IMG/VR virus record: IMGVR_UViG_3300031867_000397 | Span: 1 to 29,825 of that record | Length of the DNA: 29,825 nt | Direction: 5' to 3' (one strand) | From: a virus | Shown here: positions 1-6,884 of the stretch, piece by piece | Numbering within the stretch: position 1 is the stretch's first letter | Layout of the letters: every line of letters starts with the position of its first letter | Notes under the pieces: model-generated | What the model saw: only the letters and a program-made list of their open reading frames with translations | What the model was told of the DNA's origin: nothing | Databases searched by the model: none | Translations under genes and position numbers: made by a program

Positions 1-127
1 CTCTATGTAGTCCATTGGCAACCTAGTTTCACTAGGATTAGAGTTGTTTCTCTCCTTTCTTTTTATAGTTTAAATAAATCATTTTGTTATCCTCCTTGGT
101 AAGGTATTCACCTTACACCTATTATTA
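1..127. repeat. Terminal overlap, exact copy of 29699-29825 (circular closure of the contig)
   Basis: Read directly: ctctatgtagtccattggcaacc...ccttacacctattatta is present at both window ends, 127 nt identical. Confidence 0.95.
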
Positions 128-151
128 TACCCACATTTCCTCACTTGTCCA
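124..151 (-). promoter_or_regulatory. Sigma-70-like promoter for the replication block (PAPS reductase, HTH, organizer, loader)
   Basis: Minus strand reads TGGACA (151-146), a 16-nt spacer, then TATAAT (129-124). It lies just downstream of the terminator at 185-210. The -10 context TATAATAATAG is shared with the promoter at 4513-4540. Confidence 0.5.
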
Positions 152-184
152 CAACTTTTTACATTATTTTACATTTTTCGACAT

Positions 185-210
185 AAAAAAAGACTTGCAT
201 AACGCAAGCC
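185..210 (-). terminator. Intrinsic terminator ending the accessory block
   Basis: Minus strand reads GGCTTGC-GTTAT-GCAAGTC (7-bp stem including one G.U) followed by TTTTTTT. Confidence 0.6.
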
Positions 211-320
211 ATAAAACTTATAGAACTATGTCAAAGGAAAATGAAAATTGGAATTAGTATGATTTTATTAGGAGGTTTCTATAAGTTTTTTACAAGATTA
301 ATTATAATGATATGATTGGA

Positions 321-569
321 TTAATCAAGCGAATTAGGGTTGTTAAATCCAATTTCTTCAACTACCTCAATGTCGCAGTAGTTCGATAGCCCAATTTCAA
401 ATTCTTCTATGCATTCCACTGGATCTAGCCCGTTCTTGACCTTTTTAAAGAAGTCCAGCACCTCTTCTAGCAAGGCTTCGTAGTCTTGATTAGAAAATTT
501 AAGTTCATCTTTCAGCCTGTCAATCGTATCAGACATGGCTTCAACCATGTTTTGCTCAATCTTGTTCAT
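321..569 (-). CDS. Hypothetical acidic protein (82 aa)
   Basis: ORF track. AGGAGGAGAG lies 5 nt upstream of the ATG. No recognisable motif. Confidence 0.6.
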   Translation of the reverse strand: MNKIEQNMVEAMSDTIDRLKDELKFSNQDYEALLEEVLDFFKKVKNGLDPVECIEEFEIGLSNYCDIEVVEEIGFNNPNSLD

Positions 570-570
570 A

Positions 571-645
571 TTACTCTCCTCCTGTTACTAGCATATATAT
601 TACAGCTATAAATATAGCTAATAGAATTGTTTGTATGTCTGCCAT
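571..645 (-). CDS. Tiny hydrophobic peptide (24 aa, MADIQTILLAIFIAVIYMLVTGGE)
   Basis: Hand-translated, below the track cutoff. AGGAG lies 6 nt upstream of the ATG. Its stop abuts the RBS and start of the next gene. Confidence 0.35.
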   Translation of the reverse strand: MADIQTILLAIFIAVIYMLVTGGE

Positions 646-654
646 GATTAACTC

Positions 655-822
655 CTATACCAAATATTTCAGTACAAATATTAAAGGTAAAATTATAGTA
701 ATAATGCCATGAATTAATATAAGATTTTTATCTTTTTCATCATAAGCGCATACAGATAAACCGCAATAAATCAGTAATGATATAAGGCATATAATATATA
801 ATAAAACTGTTTTAATTATCAT
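655..822 (-). CDS. Small membrane protein (55 aa, two hydrophobic segments)
   Basis: Hand-translated: MIIKTVLLYIICLISLLIYCGLSVCAYDEKDKNLILIHGIITIILPLIFVLKYLV. The ATG overlaps the 3' end of the upstream gene, which suggests translational coupling. Confidence 0.4.
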   Translation of the reverse strand: MIIKTVLLYIICLISLLIYCGLSVCAYDEKDKNLILIHGIITIILPLIFVLKYLV

Positions 823-1213
823 CATTATCTTCTACCTCACAATCGTTTAAATAATCCTCTATTTCAGTGTCTTCATAAGAATCTTTGAAATATCCTTTTT
901 CTCTTAAATTGTTGATAATTTCATTTTGATACATTCTAAAATTTCCGTGAATTGAATATACTTCTTGAAGGATATCATATTCCATTCTAGATACCTTGTA
1001 TTTTTTTGGTGGGTTTTCTTTTGCCCACTTCTCAACCTCCTCAATAATTTCAAATGCATTAACAGAGTTTTCACAAAAGGCAGTATGAAGTGAATAAAGT
1101 GGGCATTCTTCACATTTTACACCATGACACCTTTCATAGCCTCTTCTTCCTTCATCTCTATGTGCGTCCCACATCCTCACAAGCTCACGCTTGTACGTCT
1201 CTTTGTCAATCAT
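812..1213 (-). CDS. Hypothetical Cys-containing protein (133 aa)
   Basis: ORF track. GAGGAGGA RBS. Contains CHGVKCEECP and later C residues, with an acidic C-terminus. Confidence 0.65.
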   Translation of the reverse strand: MIDKETYKRELVRMWDAHRDEGRRGYERCHGVKCEECPLYSLHTAFCENSVNAFEIIEEVEKWAKENPPKKYKVSRMEYDILQEVYSIHGNFRMYQNEIINNLREKGYFKDSYEDTEIEDYLNDCEVEDNDDN

Positions 1214-1226
1214 TATTCATTCCTCC

Positions 1227-1622
1227 TCACTTAAAGAAATCTTTCAAATCATCATATTTTGGATTTTTAATGGTAATACCGTTATTAATACACTGATTTA
1301 AATAATCAGCACACTTTTCTAAATCCACTATTTGAAGTGTAATATTATCTTCTTTTTCTTGTTCAAGTCTTCTGCAATTACGTTTGTATTTATAGTCAAT
1401 CCACTCTTGTAACTGCTCGTCACTGATGTTGTACTTGATTTTCAACTGTTCAAGACAAATAAGCACATCAGCAAATTCTTCAACTAAGTGAGTTTTGTTT
1501 GGCATTCCTCTAAGCGATTTCGTGATTTCATGCTGGAGCTCCCCTAGCTCCTCAATCCAGATGATTTCCTGTGTTCTACCTCCTTTCAAGAATTGTGATT
1601 GATCATATAGCTTCAAATTCAT
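1227..1622 (-). CDS. MazG-like nucleotide pyrophosphohydrolase
   Basis: EELGELQHEI ... EEFADVLICLEQL matches the paired EExxE / ExxADV metal-binding helices of the all-alpha NTP-PPase (MazG) fold. Size is about 130 aa. Confidence 0.7.
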   Translation of the reverse strand: MNLKLYDQSQFLKGGRTQEIIWIEELGELQHEITKSLRGMPNKTHLVEEFADVLICLEQLKIKYNISDEQLQEWIDYKYKRNCRRLEQEKEDNITLQIVDLEKCADYLNQCINNGITIKNPKYDDLKDFFK

Positions 1623-1763
1623 TTATTCGTCCTCTCTTTCCATGTCATACACGTTGCCGTGTTCTACGCCTTCTAAAATGACAATAATACAATCATCATA
1701 TAACACGCTGTCGTAGCAATCCTTTATTTCTCGCTTTGCGATTGGCTTGTACGCTTTTTTCAT
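1623..1763 (-). CDS. Small hypothetical protein (46 aa)
   Basis: Hand-translated: MKKAYKPIAKREIKDCYDSVLYDDCIIVILEGVEHGNVYDMEREDE. The stop abuts the next ATG. RBS is only moderate. Confidence 0.35.
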   Translation of the reverse strand: MKKAYKPIAKREIKDCYDSVLYDDCIIVILEGVEHGNVYDMEREDE

Positions 1764-1781
1764 TTCCTCGTACCTTTCATA

Positions 1782-2087
1782 TCACTTTCGCTCTTCATCT
1801 ATCCTTAATTTCACAAATTCTTCAATCGTCATGTATCTGCCATAACGGCTTATCTTGTCAACCTTCCTTCCTTGTGTCATTTCTTTTATCATGATACCGC
1901 CATTTTGGTATCTTGTAACGTTGTCAAGATGTACTTTTCTTCGCTCTTTGATAAACTTTCTATACTTTCTATCAACATTCCTTGTATCTAGGTTTTCAAG
2001 TGAACCACAGTACAAGAACGAACCGCCACAAGTTCCAATCTTTATAAGCCTGCAGTTTGCACTTTCTAAAAACTCTGATAGCTTCAT
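1782..2087 (-). CDS. Hypothetical protein (101 aa from the ATG at 2087)
   Basis: ORF track 1782..2096. The ATG at 2087 is preceded by AAAGGTGA, so it is preferred over the GTG at 2096. Confidence 0.6.
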   Translation of the reverse strand: MKLSEFLESANCRLIKIGTCGGSFLYCGSLENLDTRNVDRKYRKFIKERRKVHLDNVTRYQNGGIMIKEMTQGRKVDKISRYGRYMTIEEFVKLRIDEERK

Positions 2088-2092
2088 GGCAA

Positions 2093-2287
2093 TCACCTTT
2101 TCTTTCTTATAACTTTTTTACTAACTACATAAAAAGTGTCGTTGGGGTCGTAGTCGTAGTACTCGCAAAATTCACCACGACTATTAATGTTTTTAGTCGT
2201 ATACGTTGCTTCACAAAATCCTGTATAGCCTTTAACATGGCATGACCACTTGCAAAATCTACACCACTTATACTTTGGCTTGTTCAT
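2093..2287 (-). CDS. Small Cys-rich (zinc-finger-like) protein (64 aa)
   Basis: CRFCKWSC ... C ... C pattern, with a GAGGA RBS. Confidence 0.55.
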   Translation of the reverse strand: MNKPKYKWCRFCKWSCHVKGYTGFCEATYTTKNINSRGEFCEYYDYDPNDTFYVVSKKVIRKKR

Positions 2288-2488
2288 CTAATTGTCCTCG
2301 CTTTCTTCATGAATGAAAATTAATAGATAGGGAAGAAAACAAACTGCTGAAATGATTGAATAGATCAATACCTTATAAATTGGATAGTTTGGGTATGCGT
2401 CACAGTTGCCAGCAATACCAGCAACAATACAAACACCAACAAAGAATAATATTTTTGATAGGGTTCTAACCCATTTTTTTAGCTTCAT
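2288..2488 (-). CDS. Small membrane protein (66 aa, two TM segments)
   Basis: ILFFVGVCIVAGIAG and VLIYSIISAVCFLPYLLIFI hydrophobic stretches, with an AAAGGAGA RBS. Confidence 0.6.
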   Translation of the reverse strand: MKLKKWVRTLSKILFFVGVCIVAGIAGNCDAYPNYPIYKVLIYSIISAVCFLPYLLIFIHEESEDN

Positions 2489-2654
2489 TTTGGTTCTCCT
2501 TTAGTAATTTATCAATAAATTTAATACGAGATTTTAATTGCTTTTCAAAAAAAATTCTATCCCTGTCGTTTTCATCAAGCTCTTTTACTCTTTCTAACGT
2601 TTCCAGCGTTCTTTTTCTCGTTTCTTTAAGTTCATGAATAATCTGATTTTGCAT
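2466..2654 (-). CDS. Small charged coiled-coil protein (62 aa from the ATG at 2654)
   Basis: The ORF track begins at a TTG (2687). The ATG at 2654 lies downstream of GGAGG at 2668-2672. Confidence 0.5.
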   Translation of the reverse strand: MQNQIIHELKETRKRTLETLERVKELDENDRDRIFFEKQLKSRIKFIDKLLKENQNEAKKMG

Positions 2655-2685
2655 TTTCGTTTTATTTCCTCCTTTTGATAAAAAC

Positions 2686-2969
2686 AAATCGACTACACAT
2701 TACAACTACCAATAATGAGACAAAGCGCAGGACTTTCGCAACCGACCTTTTGTATAGCTTAATTCTTGTTTAAATGCTTGTTTAAATGTTTTATGTATGC
2801 GTTATGCTCATGAGAATAGTGTATGAGAAAGGTAAAGTGCAATAGCGCATACATCATGATATTATGTTGTTGCGATACCTGACTAACTACAAGGAATAGT
2901 AGGAAAGTTTTTTCGCCTCCTTTATTAGTGAAAATATGTTAATCAGTAGTTGTTATGTGCAGTCGATTT
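2686..2969 (-). repeat. Noncoding island closed by a 24-bp imperfect inverted repeat (arms 2686-2709 and 2946-2969)
   Basis: aaatcgactacacattacaactac versus the reverse complement aaatcgactgcacataacaactac (22/24). An inner 13-bp stem (atgtatgcg(t)tat / ata(g)cgcatacat) and a tandem cttgtttaaatg x2 lie inside. No ORF. Confidence 0.7.
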
Positions 2970-2993
2970 ATTGATGTGAGTGATGTAATTGAG

Positions 2994-3134
2994 TTAAATT
3001 ACTGCTAGTACGAATAGAATAAACAGAATTGCTAGAAGTGTTGCGATTGATAGAAGTGCGATATTGATAGAGTTGTATTTTTGAAGTTCCTTATATAGAT
3101 CTTCGTTGATAAGATTGGGATTTTCTAGTTTCAT
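2994..3134 (-). CDS. Small C-terminally membrane-anchored protein (46 aa)
   Basis: Hand-translated: MKLENPNLINEDLYKELQKYNSINIALLSIATLLAILFILFVLAVI. ATGA overlap with the upstream stop. Confidence 0.45.
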   Translation of the reverse strand: MKLENPNLINEDLYKELQKYNSINIALLSIATLLAILFILFVLAVI

Positions 3135-3340
3135 TTTCTAAGTGCCTCCTTTTCAGCTTTCTTTATAACTTGGTTAGATACAAGGTTGTATAAAAAGTCA
3201 ACTGCATTATCTTTGTTATGTCCACTTAATTTTTCTACTGCTGAAATTGAATAATCAAAATTCAATTCGTTTCTATAGCAGTCGTATTTGATTGATTCTA
3301 ACTTTTGTTCAGTTGTTAAGATGTCATTTAATGCTTTCAT
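3131..3340 (-). CDS. Hypothetical protein (69 aa)
   Basis: ORF track, with a GAGGAAAAG RBS. Confidence 0.55.
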   Translation of the reverse strand: MKALNDILTTEQKLESIKYDCYRNELNFDYSISAVEKLSGHNKDNAVDFLYNLVSNQVIKKAEKEALRK

Positions 3341-3402
3341 GTTCTTTTCCTCTACTTTGTTGAATTGGTGTTGTAGTGTTATCGCTTCACTTCGATTGAT
3401 AA

Positions 3403-3654
3403 TTAATGAATAAATCCTGTAATCATGTCAACTTTGTGATACTTGATTTCGTCCTTTCTAAGCTGGATCTCTCTAGATCCTTCCTTGATACCTACAAATT
3501 CAACGCCATTTTTAGAAGTCCACTCTCTTGTGATTAATTCCTTGTGTGCTTCAAGTGGCTCAAACTTAAATTCAGTATCAGAACCATATAAGATTTTACC
3601 TAATTCCTTTAAGCCTCTCTTTTGCGCTCTTGTAAGATTGTTTGTGTTTAACAT
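3403..3654 (-). CDS. Hypothetical protein (83 aa)
   Basis: ORF track, with a TAGGAGGAA RBS. Confidence 0.6.
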   Translation of the reverse strand: MLNTNNLTRAQKRGLKELGKILYGSDTEFKFEPLEAHKELITREWTSKNGVEFVGIKEGSREIQLRKDEIKYHKVDMITGFIH

Positions 3655-3681
3655 TTTCCGTTCCTCCTATAAAATTGCTTT

Positions 3682-3900
3682 TTATGATAATTTCCAATTT
3701 CCTTTTTTAATTCCGTTTATAAGTGTTGAATATTTAACACTCTCATTAATCCAGCAATTATAGCGTTTGTACCATTTGTAAGGATAAGCAATAACAAGAC
3801 TTCCGTTGATATCCTTTTTTGTTCCGTGCTTTACAATGCCATTTTCAACCCAAATATAACAATCATAGACCTTATGCCAACCATCATTAATTTTCTTCAT
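3682..3900 (-). CDS. Hypothetical Trp/Tyr-rich protein (72 aa)
   Basis: ORF track, with an AAAGGAAG RBS. Confidence 0.55.
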   Translation of the reverse strand: MKKINDGWHKVYDCYIWVENGIVKHGTKKDINGSLVIAYPYKWYKRYNCWINESVKYSTLINGIKKGNWKLS

Positions 3901-3960
3901 GTTTTTATCTTCCTTTCTGTAGTGCCCACTCTTTATGGCGGTGGGCTTGCCTTTATATCA

Positions 3961-4245
3961 TTAATTCATTGCCTGCACTTGGCTTGCGCTGAAGAAACTC
4001 GCTTTTTTCATGAACATTCTTTTCTGCTCTTCGGTCATTCCATTGCTGTTTTCAACTTCCTTTGATACGCATTTCCAAATGTAGAACTGTGCGACTGCTT
4101 TCTCGCCTTTCTTCACACAATAGCCAAGCTTTTTCCATGCTTGGAATGTATGAATGTCTTCCGGTTCATCAAGCATGATCTTATTTCCATTTTCATCCTC
4201 GGCTTCAAACTGTCTGCCTGTCTTTCCGATCTTTCCATTTTTCAT
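3961..4245 (-). CDS. Small protein with an ArdC-N-like (DUF1738-type) ssDNA-binding motif
   Basis: TFQAWKKLGYCVKKGEKAV resembles the (F/Y)xxxxxLGxxVKKGEKG signature of ArdC N-terminal domains. This is recalled from memory only. Confidence 0.3.
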   Translation of the reverse strand: MKNGKIGKTGRQFEAEDENGNKIMLDEPEDIHTFQAWKKLGYCVKKGEKAVAQFYIWKCVSKEVENSNGMTEEQKRMFMKKASFFSASQVQAMN

Positions 4246-4315
4246 AAGTTCAACTGCTTCATTAAATATAATCTATGCGTTTGTCATGTTCTTTTTTCCT
4301 TTCTTTTTTTCCTTT

Positions 4316-4465
4316 CTATTTCATCCAACCTAAGTTGTACTCCTTGATCAACTGCTTTGCCTGTTTAACTGTGAAGTCTGACTTTTTAATTCCACTTTCA
4401 CCATTTCTGTTTAAAATCTGTAATGCTAATTCTTTGATTTCCTTTGTTGTCATGTTTGTTTTCAT
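4316..4465 (-). CDS. Small hypothetical protein (49 aa), first gene of the accessory block
   Basis: Hand-translated: MKTNMTTKEIKELALQILNRNGESGIKKSDFTVKQAKQLIKEYNLGWMK. AAAGGAGGAA lies 7 nt upstream of the ATG. Confidence 0.5.
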   Translation of the reverse strand: MKTNMTTKEIKELALQILNRNGESGIKKSDFTVKQAKQLIKEYNLGWMK

Positions 4466-4512
4466 ATCCTTGTTCCTCCTTTGGGATTTCCATATCCCTC
4501 TCTACATCTATT

Positions 4513-4540
4513 ATTATATACTTTTATTTACATATTTCAA
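4513..4540 (-). promoter_or_regulatory. Sigma-70-like promoter of the accessory block
   Basis: Minus strand reads TTGAAA (4540-4535), a 16-nt spacer, then TATAAT (4518-4513). It sits immediately after the terminator at 4571-4601. Confidence 0.55.
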
Positions 4541-4570
4541 GTACTTTTGACAAATTTTACCATTTTTCTT

Positions 4571-4601
4571 ACACAATAAAAAGCCACCTAAAATGGTGGC
4601 T
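4571..4601 (-). terminator. Intrinsic terminator ending the early block
   Basis: Minus strand reads AGCCACC-ATTTTA-GGTGGCT followed by TTTTTATTGTGT. It overlaps the last codons of ORF 4588..4851. Confidence 0.75.
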
Positions 4602-4851
4602 GGCTCGTTATTCTTCGCTCTTTTTTATCGTACTTAGCTCTTTCGTGAAGCAACAATGTATTTAAATCAAATGCCCAGATGCTAGCAAGATACGCAATAA
4701 TTGCTTTATCTTCGTCAACTGTCAAGCGTTCAGCGACTGGGCTGTATCTTAAGTTGCTGAATATGATATTCTTAAGCGTTATTAACTGTTCTTCAGCAAT
4801 CACTAAATCTTCGTATCTTTCAATTTCAACTTTCACAATTTCGGTTTTCAT
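4588..4851 (-). CDS. Hypothetical protein (87 aa)
   Basis: ORF track, with an AAGGGAGA RBS. Confidence 0.6.
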   Translation of the reverse strand: MKTEIVKVEIERYEDLVIAEEQLITLKNIIFSNLRYSPVAERLTVDEDKAIIAYLASIWAFDLNTLLLHERAKYDKKERRITSQPPF

Positions 4852-4853
4852 AA

Positions 4854-5501
4854 CTATTTATCTCCCTTATTTGCTAATTTGTGTTTAATGATTGCGCTTG
4901 CTTGATTGGTTGTTAACTGATCTATTGATTTGATATTGTTTTTTGCAAGCACATTATTTAACTCTTCCTCTTCATACAATCGCTTGATAGTTTCCTTTTG
5001 ACTGTCACTAATTGGTTGCGTTGTGGCTCTTCTATAGCCTTCCTTTGGGCTTGCTTCTTTGTCTGGGTCGTCACCCGTGCTTAACTTATAAGCCTTCATC
5101 AAAGCGTACTTGTCGGCATATGTCATTGCCTTGCCTGGGGCTTTGTCGCCAGTGTCAATGCCATCACCGTACGAAATAACATCAATGTATTCATCTTTGT
5201 TATCAATGTTTACAAATCTATAAACCCTTTTCAGCCTTAAAAATTGTGATGTTGTAGTCCCGTAATTGTTTGCTTTTTCAAGCACTTCATTATTGATAAT
5301 TTCAGTATCATAAGGATAGCTATAAACTCTATACTTTTGTTCAATTGGCTTGATAGCGTCCAGCACGTCTCTTTCTGACACGGCTTTATAACTGCCTTTT
5401 CCCATTGATACGGATAAGCCTTTTTCAACAACACCAATTTCATTTTCAATCAATGATAGCTTTTCATATATATTTAACTTTCTAATGTCTTCCTCTTTCA
5501 T
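4854..5501 (-). CDS. ERF-family single-strand annealing recombinase
   Basis: YKAVSERDVLDAIKPI and GDKAPGKAMTYADKYALMKAYKLSTGDD match the two conserved ERF blocks. The ATG at 5501 is preceded by GGAGGAAA, whereas the track start at 5516 overlaps rusA. Confidence 0.75.
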   Translation of the reverse strand: MKEEDIRKLNIYEKLSLIENEIGVVEKGLSVSMGKGSYKAVSERDVLDAIKPIEQKYRVYSYPYDTEIINNEVLEKANNYGTTTSQFLRLKRVYRFVNIDNKDEYIDVISYGDGIDTGDKAPGKAMTYADKYALMKAYKLSTGDDPDKEASPKEGYRRATTQPISDSQKETIKRLYEEEELNNVLAKNNIKSIDQLTTNQASAIIKHKLANKGDK

Positions 5502-5503
5502 GC

Positions 5504-5962
5504 TTATTTCCTCCATCTCTTTATATCTTCCAACGTGTCGTACTGAAAATACCCCACCTCAACATCTAAATAACTTATGTCGCTCTCAAGGTCAAAACTT
5601 TTATTACAAGTTAAGCCATATACCTGCTTATCGTCAACATATGCAACACCATTTAGAGCGTCAAGAACAGACTTTGCTATATTGTCTACATCTGGTTTGG
5701 ATTGCGGCACATAATTAGCTTCATTGCACGAAATCCATTCTCTAATGTATTTTGGCGTGTTCTTTGCGAGCTTGTAATTTGCTTTTATATTTATCGCAAT
5801 TGGTCTTTTACTTGGCTCAAAATCCTTTGCTTCCTTCAAAAAGCACTCTCTTATAAGTCTTTCGTATTCAATATCTTTCTTATCTTTATAAGCCTTGGAA
5901 TATCTCGAAAATCGTGGTCTTCCTTGACCTCTCAAAGCTGGCACTTTAAATTTTATTACCAA
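5504..5962 (-). CDS. rusA: RusA-family Holliday junction resolvase
   Basis: GRPRF ... KPDVDNIAKSVLDALNGVAYVDDKQV is the RusA catalytic signature. Confidence 0.9.
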   Translation of the reverse strand: MVIKFKVPALRGQGRPRFSRYSKAYKDKKDIEYERLIRECFLKEAKDFEPSKRPIAINIKANYKLAKNTPKYIREWISCNEANYVPQSKPDVDNIAKSVLDALNGVAYVDDKQVYGLTCNKSFDLESDISYLDVEVGYFQYDTLEDIKRWRK

Positions 5963-5968
5963 TTACAT

Positions 5969-6571
5969 TCATACCTCCTTTATATAGCCTAGCTCTTTTA
6001 ACTTGCTTATGATTTCTTCAGTGGTTTTAGGTTTGATTTCTACTAGTTGCCCTAGTTCTCCTTTTGGCAACCACAAGCAATAATATTTATCAAAGAGAAG
6101 TTTCCTATTTAGCGCTAGCGAGTACATACCTAGTTGCCACTCTAAATACTCTTCATCAAGTGCGCTTGTAAACTTTATATCAATCAAAGATAGCTCCTTG
6201 TTAACACTTGCTATCATGTCTAATGTTCCAGCGTATATATAGCCATAATGCACTTTCAGTTCGTGTAAGTGAGGATTGATATTGTATTTGCTGACAAGCC
6301 TTAGGTATTCTCTAATGCAAATTTCTAATGACTTGTTTTCAATGCTTCTAATGTGCTTTTTAGCATTTTCTAAGTCGCTAGTGTTTAAATATTCAATAAT
6401 TTTATGTCCTTCAGTTCCAAACTTAGCCTTTTCATTTAGAACACGTTTATTAACGTTAGCATATTTGTTTGGCATTATCTCGCTGATGATTTGCGTGACG
6501 CTTGGTAAAACAATACCATCAAGCGTATAAGTGTGGGTTGCTTCATTAAATTCTAGCAATCTAATCACCAA
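5969..6571 (-). CDS. PD-(D/E)XK family nuclease (Cas4/RecB-like phage exonuclease)
   Basis: N-terminal HTYTLDGIVLPSVTQII and GTLDMI...LIDIKF (D...D/E-x-K) motifs. Confidence 0.75.
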   Translation of the reverse strand: MVIRLLEFNEATHTYTLDGIVLPSVTQIISEIMPNKYANVNKRVLNEKAKFGTEGHKIIEYLNTSDLENAKKHIRSIENKSLEICIREYLRLVSKYNINPHLHELKVHYGYIYAGTLDMIASVNKELSLIDIKFTSALDEEYLEWQLGMYSLALNRKLLFDKYYCLWLPKGELGQLVEIKPKTTEEIISKLKELGYIKEV

Positions 6572-6884
6572 CTTTCAGCACGATAGAAGGTTTTACGATT
6601 GTTTCTTTTTCATAAATCTCATAAAGCCCATCACGCTTTAATTTATTTGTATCAACTGATTTTCTAACGTAGCTATCTTTATACGTTGCATGAACGTTGC
6701 CAATATCAAGCGTTTTTAAATCTAGCGTTTCCATGGCTTCTAATAGTCCTGCCTTCAAAAGCTTTTCTTGATACTCGATTTCTTTCTTAGCGTTGTTAAA
6801 TTCTTCAATCTTCTTAACAACGTCTTCTTTTAAAACAATTTCATTGCCATCATTGATTTTAACAAGTTCATTTAGTTCTTTCAT
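6561..6884 (-). CDS. Hypothetical recombination-module protein (107 aa)
   Basis: ORF track, with a GGAGGAGAAAGG RBS. Coiled-coil N-terminus. Function not recognised. Confidence 0.6.
   Translation of the reverse strand: MKELNELVKINDGNEIVLKEDVVKKIEEFNNAKKEIEYQEKLLKAGLLEAMETLDLKTLDIGNVHATYKDSYVRKSVDTNKLKRDGLYEIYEKETIVKPSIVLKVGD

Noticed and set aside
1-127. The terminal direct repeat might be a biological DTR, LTR or att duplication.
   Set aside because: The exact 127-nt length equals a common assembler k-mer. The phage has an HNH/cos-type packaging module rather than a DTR-type one. The repeat cuts through a promoter and leader rather than bounding an element.
241-315. Plus-strand 24-codon hydrophobic ORF (MKIGISMILLGGFYKFFTRLIIMI) in the 3' UTR region of the accessory block. 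It looks like a type I toxin antisense to an mRNA tail.
   Set aside because: The only SD-like sequence (AAAGGAAA) abuts the ATG with about 3 nt spacing. The candidate promoter (TTGCAT, 18 nt, TATAGA) is weak. AT-rich sequence readily yields such hydrophobic frames. It is kept only as a low-probability idea.
2686-2969. The inverted-repeat-bounded noncoding island was considered as a retron msr/msd or a DGR template region.
   Set aside because: No reverse transcriptase gene exists anywhere in the closed genome, and there is no variable/template repeat pair.
3925-3950. Hairpin GCCCAC-N11-GTGGGC after ORF 3961..4245, and the AACAAG...CTTGTT hairpin at 10335-10356, considered as terminators.
   Set aside because: Neither is followed by a U-tract on the transcribed strand. 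At most they are mRNA-stability elements.
4520-4560. The atttacat... string and other AT-rich stretches were checked as possible solitary CRISPR repeats or an array.
   Set aside because: Only the first 8 nt resemble clostridial type I-B repeat termini. There is no repeat-spacer periodicity anywhere in the window.
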